A DNA stretch of 64,000 nt from Eledone cirrhosa (lineage: Eukaryota). This document shows, piece by piece, positions 42,472 through 57,647 of the stretch. A model generated the notes under the pieces. It saw nothing but the letters and a program-made list of their open reading frames with translations, did not search any database and was not told where the DNA came from. Both the position numbers and the translations under genes were made by a program. The stretch spans positions 14,074,001 through 14,138,000 of the forward strand of contig OZ024762.1 in assembly GCA_964016885.1 (NCBI GenBank), in the 5' to 3' direction. Position 1 is the stretch's first letter; the number at the start of each line of letters is the position of its first letter.

Positions 42472-43623
42472 ATGCGTGTGCGTATTTAAGTCTCTGTCTG
42501 TAGGTGTAAGTTCATTTTTCTAGGTTTCGATTCGCATCGTTTCATTTTGTTTTTTGTTTCTCTGGTTGTTGTTGCAGTTGTTGTTGTTGTGGTTGTTGTT
42601 GTTGTTGTTGTTGTGGTTGTTGTTGTTGTTGTTCTTGTTGTTCTTGTTACTTTCTACTTTATGTGGTTTGCTTTTTTTTTGTTATTGTTTTTGTTATTTT
42701 CATTTTTGTTTCTGTATCTCTTTTATATTTCTGGTGATAAGCTTTTAACTTTAAATAATTGCAAATATATTCTAGTATTTAATACTTATACACATGCACA
42801 CTCACACACACATACACACTCACACACATACACACTCACACACATACACACTCGCACACATACACACTCGCACACATACACACTCACACACATACACTCA
42901 CACACACATACACACTCACACACTCACACACATACACACTTATGCACACTCACACACACATGCACACACACATATACACAGGACTTTCGATCACTCAAAC
43001 AGAACCACATACACACACACACACACACACACATACACCTATATATATGTGCTATAAGTGTTTATATATATATATATATATATCTATATATATATGGATA
43101 TATATAATGTATGTATATATGTGTGTATATACTCAGATAGAGTAACGAATAGAAGAAATATTTTTCAGGCGTAGAAAGCAGAGAATTGTTCACTAGGTGA
43201 ACGAAGATCTGAGATAATCCAACAAGTAGAGAATATAGAGAGGGGGAGAGAAGTGAGATAGAGGGAGTGAAGAGGAGAGAAGTGAGATAGAGGGAGTGAC
43301 AGGGAGAGGTGGGATAGAGGGTGTAAGAGGTGAGATAGAGGGTGTAACAGGGAGTGATAGGGAGAGGTGGAGTAGTGAGATAGAGGGAGTGACGGGGAGA
43401 TGTGGAGTAGTGAGATCGAGGGAGTGACAGGGAGAGGTGGAATAGTGAGAGATACATAGATTAGAGAGAGGAATATCAAAGAGATAGAGAGACTGAGTGT
43501 GAGATAAGAAAGTTATTGAAAATTAGTGACTAGAGAAGAGATGAGAGAAATGGTGAGCTTTGATAGGGAGAGACACATAGAGCAAGTCTTCTGATAGATA
43601 TATACAGAAGGGTAGATTAGAGA

Positions 43624-43659
<36 letters not shown>

Positions 43660-43843
43660 GAAGGAGGCGAAAGAGAGAGAGAGGAAGAGTGAGAGGGGAA
43701 GGGGTGAATATGTTGGTTGAAGTAAATCAGGTTATCAATTTATATGCTATGAATTTCACCTGCCTGTCAGATTGATATCAATCGATAGATCAGCAGTGAT
43801 GTATCGATATATTGCTGACGTGTATACACACACACACATATAT

Positions 43844-43896
<53 letters not shown>

Positions 43897-43990
43897 TATA
43901 TATATATATACACATATATATATATATATATATATACATATTCATATATATTTATATATATATATATATACATATTCATATATATATATT

Positions 43991-44023
<33 letters not shown>

Positions 44024-44028
44024 TTATA

Positions 44029-44060
<32 letters not shown>

Positions 44061-44105
44061 CACATATATATACATATATATACATATATATACATATACA
44101 TATAC

Positions 44106-44150
<45 letters not shown>

Positions 44151-44161
44151 CATATATATAC

Positions 44162-44192
<31 letters not shown>

Positions 44193-44209
44193 CATATACA
44201 TATATATAC

Positions 44210-44240
<31 letters not shown>

Positions 44241-44299
44241 CATATACATATATATACATATATATATATATATATTTATATACATATACATATATATAC

Positions 44300-44376
<77 letters not shown>

Positions 44377-44429
44377 CATATATATATACAGATATATATA
44401 TATATATACAGATATATATATACATATAC

Positions 44430-44461
<32 letters not shown>

Positions 44462-44672
44462 ATATATATATATATACATTATGTAGATAAATCTACCAAG
44501 AGTTTACGGTAGTGTCCAATCCGTATGAAGAACTCAATGTATTCCGGATATCATGGAAAGAAGAGATGTAATGAAAATCCACTTTCGGTGAAAGATAAAC
44601 GGTATACAGAGTCAAGATAAAATATTAAACAAATAATGAACAAACAATTCCTTATATTAAACAAAAAAAGTT

Positions 44673-44823
44673 CACTATTTAACGATCGTTTCTAGGGTAT
44701 ACATGTGTTATAATTGGTATGCATATTTAACAGATCTATGTACAAAATTATACAAAATTATACAAATTATCAAGATTAAATATACATACCTAACTCATAT
44801 ATACGCCGTCTTCAGAAATAATG
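44673..44823 (-). ncRNA. Type I hammerhead ribozyme motif with long stem II
   Basis: CATTATTT-CTGAAGA-[stem II including GGTATGTATATTTAA/TTAAATATGCATACC]-GAAA-CGATCG-TT-AAATAGTG. Stem I is 8 bp and stem/loop III is the palindrome CGATCG. Confidence 0.8.
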
Positions 44824-45602
44824 AAGTATATTTATTGATAATAACAACAATTCAAAATATCAGTTCAAAATTGACCAATGAAAACACAAAGGGTTAAAAG
44901 CAGTTTGGTGTGTGTATATACATGTAAAAACCTTACACATATTTTACAATAATGTGTGTATAATTTGTATGTGCATACTAAAAAGATGGATGCAAACACA
45001 AAATTTCAAGGTTAATATCTCTGTAAGCTTAATGCGCTGATAAGATACGCAATGATACTTATGGAGTCAAGCATATAAATATATTTCTTTCATACTCACA
45101 CATATCTGTATAATCACACATACATGTGCGTATATGCATAAACATAACCATACACATAACCACGAACATACAAACACACACACTCCCCCACTCACATTTA
45201 TATATGTGGATATAAAATCATAAGCAAATAGAAATTAAGTCACTCACATAAAAACACTGGTACACACATTTCAAGATCAAGATACAGAAATTAGGTGGGA
45301 GGGGGGGGGGGGAGGGGTCAGTATTAGATTGTCAGACCAGACTGCCTAATATAAATGTATCTATAAATTAAGAAAAATAAAAAAATAAAAACAATAAAAT
45401 ATAATAAATATAATATAATGTACATACACATACAGATATACATACACATACATACATGTACGCGCACATAGAGATATTTACACATACATACATACACACA
45501 TACCTATACAGTCATACACACACATACATTTACACGAACATACACATACACATATAAAAAGATATAAATACACACACACTCACGCGCAACACATACACAC
45601 AT

Positions 45603-45653
<51 letters not shown>

Positions 45654-45745
45654 TAGACTCATATATATATATATACATATACATATATATATACAAACAT
45701 ATATATCCACACACTCATACCACCATAAATACACATACAAACACC

Positions 45746-45780
<35 letters not shown>

Positions 45781-45985
45781 ACATACACACACGTACACAT
45801 ATATATATATATACATATATACACATACATATATATATATACACACACATAAAAAACAGACATGCACATATATATATATATATATATATTTCATTACTCT
45901 TATATATACACATAGTATATATACATACACAACCTCACTTATACACATATACACATAAGTTATATTACAATAATAATAAAGAATA

Positions 45986-46020
<35 letters not shown>

Positions 46021-46172
46021 TATATACATATATATATATATATACATACATACATACACATACATACATACACACAAATATATACATACATAAATACACA
46101 CATACGAATAAAGACATATATTCACACATAGACACCTATATACACATATATACATATATATATATATATACC

Positions 46173-46220
<48 letters not shown>

Positions 46221-47966
46221 CACACACACACACACACACAGACACACATACACACTCACATATATATATATATATATGTGTATGTGAGTGTGCGCAAATA
46301 CACATATATATACACACACACATACAAACACACACAAACACATACATATGCATACGTGCACACACACACACATATATCACATAGATACGAAGATAAACAT
46401 ATAAATAGAGAGACATACAAATATATACAGAACCCATATACACATACATACAAACACGCATATACATATACATACATATATACACATATATATATTCCTA
46501 TATACAAGCATACACATACATACACATATATACATATACATACACATATACATACCACACGTTCACATACACATACATATATAATACATATATATACATA
46601 TATATACATACATATGTATGTACAATCATATATACACACTCAATCTTACAATCATATTTACATGCTCATATATGTATTTTTATATTTAGAAATAAATACC
46701 AAAACCTATATAGACACCCACCTACACATATATTCATACATATACGCTTACAAAAACAGATGATAATAGTATGGGGGAAAGGGGGGGTTTGGAGAAGGGG
46801 ATCAAAGTAAATATATGTTTCAAGAAACATATAATATTTTCCGTATCTTAATTCAATGTATGTTCTTACATATTTTCAGTGCTAGGAAATACGAAATCTA
46901 TGCATCTCAAAATAAAAAAGTATACCATTAATCATATGTTAACTAAACCAAAGATAGTCAACATATTAATTTCCAAGGTATAAATTAGTTAGGTTTATAA
47001 TATTTGAAGCAGAATTATGAAGTCAAACAGTAGTAGATTATTAATTACATTATAACTAAATTAAAGTTAATAACGTTATGGTATCAATATTAGGAGATGA
47101 ATTTAGTAATAGGGAAAAGAAACCCAAATAAAAATAAAATAAAGTATTACATCGGTAGTAGCATATAAATTATATGTTAACTAAATTAAAAATTATATAT
47201 TTATTTCAATAGTATACGTTAATTAGTATATGTTAATTAGGTATACAATACATAAAGCAGATATTGTATTTCATCAATAGCATAATATAATTATATGCAA
47301 ATAAAAATCAAAATTAATACGCATACATATACATATACATACACATACACATACATATACATATACACACATATATATATATATATACATATATATACAC
47401 ATATATACATATATAGTCACATAAATATACATACAGATACACATACAACACACACATATACATATACATATAGATATACAATCTTTTTCAAAAAATTGCA
47501 CAGAATATATTAACTAGGTATATATCCAAAACACATCCCATTCTATGATTACATGACATTCTGCAATTCGTCTGTACAAGGATACTAATTTTAAGCAAAT
47601 TAAAATTAAAGTTTTAGGTTGATTAAAACCAAAACCAAATAATAAATATATTTCCAAAATGTATATTAATTAGGTCTATAATACTAAAAATTCTTTCTCC
47701 GTCATAGGATACATGATATTATTTTGTTATATTTTATCTGTAAAAGAATTATAATAAAAAAAAAAAAAAAAAAAATTTATAATAAAAGGTTAAAATAAAT
47801 TAAAATTAATCTATAAATTAAATTACTGAGTATATATTAGTAATATTTAAAGGTTTTTCAAAATTTATGATTACAAAATATTTTCTCATCTGTAATAAAA
47901 TATTAATTAAATTAAATTTATAGGTTAACTAACATTTAAATTAAATTAAATTCTAGAATAATGTTA

Positions 47967-49835
47967 TTAATTAGGTTTATAATATTTAAATGTTTTTTTT
48001 AGTTTATGATTACACGATATAATTAATTCCTGTCTTTTATTTAATAAGATATCCCTAGACTTCATTATTTCAAATAGTTCTTGGGAACATAATCTACATT
48101 CCTTTCTATTATTTTGATAAGGGGTGGCTCTTTTGAGCACACTCCAGGTCAAATCATATTTTATATTTTTATTTTTATAACTATTGATTTTTTCTGCTAG
48201 AGATGTTGTATTAGCCAGTGCGGCATTTTTAAAGCTATGTTTGTGGGTATTATACCTTGTCTTAAAATTGTTAGAGGTAGCTCCTATATATGAGCAAATA
48301 GAATCTTTAGTTTTAACATTACATTTATAGACTATGTTGTTAACAAGACAATTCCCTTTTAATGGGCAGTTTGTTTTGTTTCTACAGTTACATCCTTTCG
48401 TTAATTCTGTATTTGAGGAGATATTATTGTTAATTTGATGTACTGGTGGTATACTTATGGTTTTCTTACATTTATATGCATTATATGCACTTATATTTTG
48501 TTTTATGTTATTTGTTGTAGAGTATGAGAATTTAACTGTAGACCTATTTAAGATTTGATGGTATTTGTGGTTTGGCGGGAAGTTTTTCTCAAGGATATAA
48601 AAAAATTTTTTAGCAATATTATCCTTAACTTGTAAATTAAAAGGAGCATTATACCAAGTAACTCGTCTATTACGGTTTCTATGTTGTTTATTATTTTTAT
48701 TATTTTTATATGTTGTATCATGATTTTTACTAGGAGGATTAATGTTAATGATCTCACCACAACTATTTTTAGTTATATTTGTAGATTTAGGTGTTTTATC
48801 TTTTTTATTAGGAGTTTTATTATTAATATTTATTATAGTTGTATGATGAGTAGTTTTTTGAGGGTTACTATACTTTATATTAGAAGATTTAGTATTTTGG
48901 GGTATACTGTGGGTGGCATTTAGGTGTGTACTTTTCATTTGGTGTTTGTTGGTAATATTATGCTGTATGCTTTCAGTATTTTTAGTAGAAGGTATATACT
49001 CTAATCTATTTTTGTGGCCACTTCTATCTAGAGCTTCATTATAAAAGGTCGCATTTTTATCAAATACATCTTGGTTAGAAGAAAGGTTAGAAATTCTAAG
49101 TGATATATTATATGCAAGGTTTTTAAGGATAGATTTAGGGTGATTAGATTGTGAGTGTATGTAATGTAAGTTTTGGTTAGGTTTATGGTAAGGTTGGTAT
49201 ATACCCGTAGCTAAATCTAAAGTTATATCTAGGAAATTTACTACTTTACTTGTTTTTTCAAAAGTAATATTAAGATTATAATAGTCTTTAAGGAAAGTTC
49301 TAATATGCTTTTTGTTTTTTTCGATTTCTGAAAGGCTAAGGTTGTTAGAAAGAAGAAGACAGTCATCACGATATAAACCACCTTTGAGGTGGGGAAAAGA
49401 GGCATTTATGTTGAAAAGGAGAAAGAGGCCCACAAGATCAGTAATTTGGGCGGAATCGCTTGAACCCATAGTAATATCAAAAAGATTACTGTATGTGTTT
49501 CTGGTCCAGTATTCATTCTGAAATTCAATAAGTGTTTGTCTAGCATGTGTAATAATGTTAATGTCATCCGAAGTTAAATTAGATCTATTTTTAGCAAATA
49601 TTAATGCTTTGTTCAGGAGTATGGGTGATATAGAAGAATAGTAATTATCTATATCAAATTGTAGGAAAGAAGCAGAAGATTTACACCTAATATTTTTAAA
49701 CCAATTAATTACCTGGGAGGTGTTTTCCCAGAGTGGTAAAATAACGTATTTTCTTATTTGTGGGATGACTCTATCTAAAATTTTTTTGCTAATTATTCCA
49801 ATATCTGATTTGGAGGGACATATAAGTCTAATAGA
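47967..49835 (-). CDS. Penelope-like element ORF: reverse transcriptase plus C-terminal GIY-YIG endonuclease, 5'-truncated (Naiad-like)
   Basis: About 620 uninterrupted codons. RT motifs [46 protein letters not shown] and YIHSQSNHP. These are followed by [18 protein letters not shown]...YIGAT...[15 protein letters not shown] and LLNKRQEL...CNH. The N-terminus of the listed 698-aa ORF is only TA microsatellite. Confidence 0.93.
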   Translation of the reverse strand, partial: SIRLICPSKSDIGIISKKILDRVIPQIRKYVILPLWENTSQVINWFKNIRCKSSASFLQFDIDNYYSSISPILLNKALIFAKNRSNLTSDDINIITHARQTLIEFQNEYWTRNTYSNLFDITMGSSDSAQITDLVGLFLLFNINASFPHLKGGLYRDDCLLLSNNLSLSEIEKNKKHIRTFLKDYYNLNITFEKTSKVVNFLDITLDLATGIYQPYHKPNQNLHYIHSQSNHPKSILKNLAYNISLRISNLSSNQDVFDKNATFYNEALDRSGHKNRLEYIPSTKNTESIQHNITNKHQMKSTHLNATHSIPQNTKSSNIKYSNPQKTTHHTTIININNKTPNKKDKTPKSTNITKNSCGEIININPPSKNHDTTYKNNKNNKQHRNRNRRVTWYNAPFNLQVKDNIAKKFFYILEKNFPPNHKYHQILNRSTVKFSYSTTNNIKQNISAYNAYKCKKTISIPPVHQINNNISSNTELTKGCNCRNKTNCPLKGNCLVNNIVYKCNVKTKDSICSYIGATSNNFKTRYNTHKHSFKNAALANTTSLAEKINSYKNKNIKYDLTWSVLKRATPYQNNRKECRLCSQELFEIMKSRDILLNKRQELIISCNHKLKKTFKYYKPN

Positions 49836-49839
49836 ATAC

Positions 49840-49896
<57 letters not shown>

Positions 49897-49989
49897 CATA
49901 TATATATATACATATATATATATACATATACATATATATATATATACATATATATATATACATATATATATATACATATACATATATAC

Positions 49990-50046
<57 letters not shown>

Positions 50047-50101
50047 CAAACACACACACACACATATATAATGTGTGTGTATCATTATTTAATATAGAAA
50101 T

Positions 50102-50297
50102 GGTGGTAGATTGGCAGTATCGGTAGAGGGTCGGACGCCATGCTTTGCAGCAAAGAGTTGCAGCCCTTTACGGAGTGATTTCAAATCCCGCCGAGGTTAA
50201 CTTTGCCTTTCATCCTTACGGGGGGTCGATAAATAAAGTACCAGTAATGCACTGGGATATTTGCTGGCCTTGTGCCAAACGTAGAAACAATTATTAT
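50102..50297 (+). mobile_element. Full-length tRNA-derived SINE (further fragments at ~28950-29038, ~35550-35650 and ~51677-51750)
   Basis: ggtggtagattggcagtatcggtagagggtcggacgcc...ttcaaatcccgccgaggttaactttgcctttcatcc...ggccttgtgccaaacgtagaaacaattatt. Confidence 0.88.
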
Positions 50298-50306
50298 TAC
50301 TACTAC

Positions 50307-50407
<101 letters not shown>

Positions 50408-50617
50408 GGTTTGGAGAGGGAAGGGTCCCGCCAGGCTTGAAAAATGGCCAGGAAAAGCCAAGTGTCAATACAGCGCCCCTAATTCTATCAGGAGTTCCTG
50501 GACCATAGATACATATATACATACATATAGAAGTTGTATTTAATCTGTTGGGATTCCGACAAACATAAATGTTTATAACTGATATAGAGCACTCAACAGT
50601 TTACTGGGGTAAATATT

Positions 50618-50861
50618 CCATGATATTAAATAAATGGAAACTATATTTATAAAACCATATTTATTTTATTATATATGTTTCAAGGGCAACCAAGTCAATC
50701 CTGGTGCGCTTTCATCAGATAAAATACGTCTTTATTTATAAAACAAACTTTGTATTTTATCTTATGAAAGCGCACCAAGTTTAGCTTGGTTGCCCTTGAA
50801 ATATATATAATAAAATAAATATGGTTTTATAAATATAGTTTCCATTTATTTAATATCGTGG
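50618..50861. mobile_element. Inverted pair of hammerhead-bearing pLTR fragments (~110-bp arms, 24-nt spacer)
   Basis: 50618-50727 is the reverse complement of 50752-50861. The minus arm has CTGATGA...GAAACATATATA (stem III mismatch). The plus arm has CTTATGA...GAAATATATATA (core mutation). Confidence 0.82.
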
Positions 50862-50864
50862 TAT

Positions 50865-50912
<48 letters not shown>

Positions 50913-50949
50913 AGAGAGAGAGAAATGCAAGAAAAGGTGATATTTTTAC

Positions 50950-51094
50950 CTGAGATAGGCCGTGTCAGCCATTGTTTCTGCTACCGATTTATATGGAAAT
51001 GCCAGTACTTGGTCAATGATGTGGAGGACACCATTGGTAGCTGGAATATCGGCCGTGGTTACCCTTGCTTTCACATTATTGCTGATTACGTACA
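50950..51094 (-). CDS. FAS1-domain gene, internal exon c (145 nt, phase 1 in / 2 out)
   Basis: Acceptor ctccttccag|TGTACG, donor CTCAG|gtaaaa. Translation (L)YVISNNVKARVTTADIPATNGVLHIIDQVLAFPYKSVAETMADTAYL(R) contains the classic FAS1 H2 motif ATNGVLHIIDQVL. Confidence 0.95.
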
Positions 51095-51103
51095 CTGGAA
51101 GGA

Positions 51104-51310
51104 GAGATAGTGAGAGATGACATTGGCCGTAGAACATGGAAGGATTGAGAGAGAGAGAGAGAGAGATGACATTGGCCATAAGAGATAGTGAGAGTTAAAT
51201 ATATATATATATAGAGAGAGAGAGATAGTGAGAGATGACATTGGCCGTAGAACATGGAAAGATTGAGAGAGAGAGAGAGATGACATTGGCCATAAGAGAT
51301 AGTGAGAGTA
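51104..51310. repeat. Duplicated block abutting the exon c acceptor
   Basis: gagatagtgagagatgacattggccgtagaacatggaa.gattgagaga...gatgacattggccataagagatagtgagag occurs twice. Confidence 0.88.
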
Positions 51311-51447
51311 AAAGAGTGAGATAGTGAGAGAGAGAGTGAGAGTAAAACAGAGAGCGAGAGAGAGAGAGAGAAAACGGCATGTTGACTCAGCCATTGGACA
51401 TGCAAGAGATAGTATGGGCGACATCTTGAGGTGAGCATATATATATA

Positions 51448-51498
<51 letters not shown>

Positions 51499-51642
51499 AT
51501 ATGTGTATATGTGTGTGTGTGTGTGTATATGTGTGTGTGCGTATATATGTGTGTGTGTGTGTGTGTATATATGTGTGTGTGTATAAAGAGAGATAGTTAG
51601 ATAGATAGGCAGAAAGAGGTGGTGTGTGTAAGCATCACTCAA

Positions 51643-51679
<37 letters not shown>

Positions 51680-51884
51680 GTTTCTACTTTTGGCACAAGG
51701 CCAGCAATTATCCCAGTGTATTACTGGTACTTTATTTTATCGACCCCGTATATATATATGTATGTTGTACTACACTGCAATACACATCTGTAGGATTTGA
51801 GCGCCTACAGATGTAAACAGCGTGTCTGTATATACAATATTGTTAATGCACACACACTTATACGCATGCATGTATGTATACACA

Positions 51885-51954
<70 letters not shown>

Positions 51955-52060
51955 TATATATATTGTACATGTACTACATATCAATATGTATGCATAAGCA
52001 TAATAGGGCAAATCTAACAGACCTCTTTCCCCTTCAAGCCCCTCTCTCCCTCTCTCTCTC

Positions 52061-52140
<80 letters not shown>

Positions 52141-52317
52141 ATGAATATGTTTATCTATCAATCTATATAATTATATATTGCTATTGTTCAGTAATGCCAT
52201 ATATAAATTTCGGAAAACTACTCTCTTTCACACACCCACACACATATATATGCATATGGACACGCATACACAGACATATACATATATGTATGTATATGTG
52301 TACATGTGAAGATATAC

Positions 52318-52374
<57 letters not shown>

Positions 52375-52391
52375 TGTATGAGTATATGTGA

Positions 52392-52423
<32 letters not shown>

Positions 52424-53264
52424 GTACATATGAGTATATATATATATATATATATGTATATATAAGTATATATATATATGTATATATATAAGTATATATA
52501 TATATATATGTATATATATGTGTGTATATGTGTGTGTGTGTAGTAACATACAAAGGACCATTAAAGATTTGCTTGCCAAGGAATTTCTTGGCCGAGGAAG
52601 TATTTCACTGTTGAAGCCTAACAGGTCACGTGTTTCAGGCAATTGCAATTTCTTTATAACCATTGGCTACATTGACTGAACATGTATGGCACGGTTCACG
52701 AGCTCTACCTACCTATCCCAGTCAGCTTTCTCTCTCTCATTTACGCGTTTTATGATATGTAGACACGTAGAAATGTGTAGAGACACACAAGCACTCATAC
52801 ACACACACGAACATACATACACACAGACAATTGCTGTCTTAAACACATGTATGTATGTATGTTCTATGTATGTATGTATGTATGTAAAGTGTGAGTGTGT
52901 ATGTATATATAAACACACAGGCTCACATACACGTATATATATATATGGGAGAGTGGATGTGTATATGTAAATGTATAAACACACACATATATATATATAC
53001 ACATAAATATATATAATATACATACAATAAATGCTTATTTATAAACACACACACACTCATATATATATACATACACATGCATATACTTATTTATATATAT
53101 TATATAAAACAATTATATATATGTATATAAAATAATTGTAAATGTATATAAAATAATTATACATATATAACAATTATATATATATAATTGTTATATATAT
53201 ATAATTGTTATATATATATATATAATTGTTATATATATATATATAACAATTATATATATATATA

Positions 53265-53458
53265 CCAAAGGAATTGTGGTAAGGAACCAGATGGACCATA
53301 ACGCACCAGAGTACTGAATACTTAGGGTAGTAGAGTGGGAAATAGGAAAAAGTATGACCCGGACGGCAGAGCTCAAGCCCTTTCGACGGCTATTTCTATT
53401 CCAGAAATAGCCGTCGAAACGGCTTGAGCTCTGCCGTCGGGGTCATAATTTTTCCTAT
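53265..53458 (-). mobile_element. Second copy of the hairpin element, opposite orientation
   Basis: Hairpin at 53342-53458 (3 arm mismatches) plus the reverse-complemented tail gtggtaaggaaccagatggacc. Flanked by (TA)n. Confidence 0.85.
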
Positions 53459-53809
53459 ATATATATATATATAAATTTAATCCATTCCATTCTATTCCAT
53501 CTTTCTCAGCATCTAGTTATCTAGTTCATACGTGTGATAACAATTTCTGCCTCGTTTATTTCCATGCCATCCAATTCTCCAATTCCTGCATTCCTTTATT
53601 CCAATCTATTCTGTTAAACACCTATTCCATTTAACTTTTAACGCAGCCACAACAGCGGCAACCGAGGAGGTGCAACGTATGGCGTTATTACTTGCCTTGT
53701 AAAAAGGAACTTTTAACAGTTCCATAAACATAATTTCGTTCTTGTGCACGACTGGACAAACGGCTTCGCTCGTCCACCGAATAATAGACATGTATCTATG
53801 CAAGCATAC

Positions 53810-53885
<76 letters not shown>

Positions 53886-53933
53886 CATGATATATATATG
53901 TGTGTGTGATATGTATATATTTGTGTGTGTGTG

Positions 53934-53973
<40 letters not shown>

Positions 53974-54540
53974 CTACATAAGTATATATGTAAATATATA
54001 CTAAATAAGTATATATGTATATGTCTATTGGTATATATGTATAAGCATATATATATATATTTATATATACACGTGTATGTGTGTGTGTGTGTGTGTGATA
54101 TGATATATATATGTGTGTGTGATATGTATATATTTGTGTGTGTGATATATATATATATATATGTATATATATGTGATATCTACATAAGTATATATGTAAA
54201 TATATACTAAAAGAGTATATATGTAAATGTATATTGGTATATATGTATATATATATATAAGCATATATATATATATATACGTGTATGTATGTATGTGTGT
54301 GTGTGTTATTTCTTTTCATTTCATATTTATATTTTTGTTTTCTCATTTGATTTTTTAAATGATTGTCTGATATGTTGCAATGCGCATGCATATATATACA
54401 TACACATATATATATACACACACACATATATACACACACATATATATATATATATACACACATATATATATATACACACACATATATATATATACACACA
54501 TATATATATATATATACACACACATATATATATATACACC

Positions 54541-54582
<42 letters not shown>

Positions 54583-54648
54583 TACACATATATATACATA
54601 CACACACACATATATATATACATATATATATATACACATATATATACT

Positions 54649-54687
<39 letters not shown>

Positions 54688-55348
54688 GTACATAGCTTCA
54701 TACACAATTTACAGCATTAAGATAATATATTTAGAAGGAACTTTACTGCTGAAATTGCTGTTGGCACAAAGAATCGTTATTTCTTGGTGAAGTGAACACT
54801 AAACAGAAGTCGTGGCTCACCGGTTAACAATCGTTCTCTTCATATATATGTCCATATATCATTATTCAACCGGTGTTACCTGTCTCTAATACCTCTCTCG
54901 TTTTTCTTCCGGTATTTTATATAATGTAGTTCTGTATGAACGCAACAATAGCTATATGCCGCAGTGTATTACACACGATAAACTACTGCCAGTAAAAGCC
55001 ATATTTTGTGGGTCGTTTTGTATTTAACTAGAAGACTGCTGCCATTTTTTTTTCTGTTCTCCATACATTTATGTCCGGCCAAGCTAGTGCATGGCCGTCA
55101 ACTAAATTTGAGATTTTAATCAATAATTATATATCAACCCCAGTATTTCACTCTCTAATGTATATATACAGCATACTGGAAAGACACTACCACAAACAAT
55201 GTTAAGCTTTCTTAAGACGTGTGAAACATTTTAGCCAGAATATGTAGACTGTTACAATAGGCAACGAAACATACGTTAAAGCCAATAAATTCTCGCCGAA
55301 ATCTATATTCTTTTGGCGCAATACTTGCTTATACATGCATATACATAC

Positions 55349-55417
<69 letters not shown>

Positions 55418-55662
55418 AAAGAAAAAAAGATGAAATCGAAAATGCAACTGGAGTCTTATTTAAAAATATATATATATATTTATTTGGTTCCTTTACCAAT
55501 TTCGCAGTTCTTCTGCTTTTCAAAAGTAGAGTTGATATGGAGGGTCTGTGGTTTTTCTCAAAAATAAGACTCCAGTTGCATTTTCGATTTCATATTATTT
55601 TCTTTATACTTTCACTCGTGTAGGACACCTCGGTTATTTTTCATTTTGTAAAAAAACCTCAC

Positions 55663-55693
<31 letters not shown>

Positions 55694-55739
55694 CATGAGT
55701 GTGTGTGAGTCCCGGGTTCAACCACAGTAAGTAATCTAT

Positions 55740-56103
55740 CTAGAGCGGGTAACATTCCCGAGATCCATGGACGAGTTCTCTCCAGCGGTCTCTGTCCCTC
55801 ATTATCGCTGCCATGCTCTGCGTCTCCAACAGACCAGTGTCTGTCCTTAGGGCATCAACATCCGTTAACCTTGGTTTTCCGCTTCTAGTATGTTCATGTA
55901 GCGGCTCCCACAGGAGCATTGAGTGCAATGTCAACTCTGGATGTCGGTGAGCATGTCCAGCTAACCTCAGTCTCCTCTCTGTCACTTTTGAGCTGACTCT
56001 TGGGAGGCTCCCATACAGCTCTGAGTTTTTCATCCTCGGTGTATACTGATTAATGTTCAGAGCCATCCTCAGCATTCTCGTCTCGCACCCATCCACCATC
56101 TGA
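55740..56103 (-). mobile_element. RTE-clade LINE 3' fragment
   Basis: VDGCETRMLRMALNI...ELYGSLP...RRLRLAGHAHRH...LLWEP...GKPRLT...DTGL...DRDRWR is the RTE post-RT C-terminal signature. Confidence 0.88.
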
Positions 56104-56703
56104 GTGAGTAAGGTACTTATTAAATTAGTAGAATGTAAACATCAAATTTAATATCGAAATTGCTTCTACAGGACTAGAACTGTTCCATTCGAAGGAAATC
56201 ACGAGGAAAGCCCATGGGGTTATATATAAATTGTTCCTTTAGAAATAAAGTATTTTGTTGACATAAATCAAAATGTTTTTCGAAATAATTTAAAATACCT
56301 AAGGGTTAAATGATTCAATCGAATAGAGAAAAATACATTTGACTGGATTAAATCCTTTTAAATAGGTTTTCTACTCTTAACCTTATATAATTTATATTTT
56401 TATACGTTAAATTGTTGTTACACATATTCAAATATGAGATTTATTTCGTCAATAATTTGGCATTTAGTCTTCGGAGACAATGACACTATTTTAGTGTATT
56501 GTCAGGTTTCAGTTGAAAATTATATTATATATATATGTGTGTGTGTGTGTGGAAATATGTGTTTGTATGAATTCTTAGATAAACACATACAGAAGCGTTA
56601 AACTAATTTTAAGCGTTAAACTAATAGATTTCTTCATTTTAATGTGGGGATTGCTTTGTTAGTTCTGCAATACCTTTTACACACACACACACCTATATAT
56701 ATA

Positions 56704-56742
<39 letters not shown>

Positions 56743-57335
56743 TCACACACATAGTAAGAATTCGCGGTGTGGAAACTAGGAAGACCAAATATCATGGGAG
56801 TACTCTATGCATAGAAAGAAGCAGAGTGGGCATAGAGGAAGGCAAGATCTTCCCATATAATATATATATATATATATATGTATCATATATATATATATAT
56901 ATATGTATCATATATATATGTATCTAAGCCCATATGAGGCATTATTCACTTAGACATACATAAAACGCATGCGCTCACAGTTTCAAACCCAGAGTGTCAA
57001 CAACAAATTCCCAAACATACTAAAACGAAAATAAATAGATTAATGCATACATATGTACAGATGACATACATATACACATGTTTACATATATATAGGCTGA
57101 GATATATATATGTATGTATGTATGTATGTATATATATATATATACATATACAATTAGATCTTCGCCAGTGAGACTTCATTTAATGGTCAGTTAATGTGGA
57201 GCAATGCACTTTATAAATTTATTATGTATGTATATATATATATAAGTGTGTATATATAGGTATATATATATATATAGAGAGAGAGAGAGATATGTATATA
57301 TTGTATGAATGTATGTATATATGTATGTATATATA

Positions 57336-57447
<112 letters not shown>

Positions 57448-57590
57448 TACATATATACATACATTCATACAATATATACATGTGTGTGTATATATATATA
57501 TAGAGAGAGTTATGTATATATTGTATGTATGTATATATATATATATATGCGTAAATATATATATATATATATATATAGATATAGGGACCA

Positions 57591-57647
<57 letters not shown>

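Larger units (their letters stand above)
44482..49835 (-). mobile_element. Penelope-like retroelement copy: ORF, long microsatellite-rich 3' region and hammerhead-containing pLTR
   Basis: PLE ORF plus a same-strand hammerhead motif at 44673-44823, bounded on both sides by (TA)n-rich tracts. That the ORF and the ribozyme belong to one element is inferred. Confidence 0.65.

Noticed and set aside
53606-53790. Non-repetitive tail of the 343-aa ORF as an exon or transposase
   Set aside because: No diagnostic motif or splice sites. Exons b and c already join into a continuous FAS1 domain.
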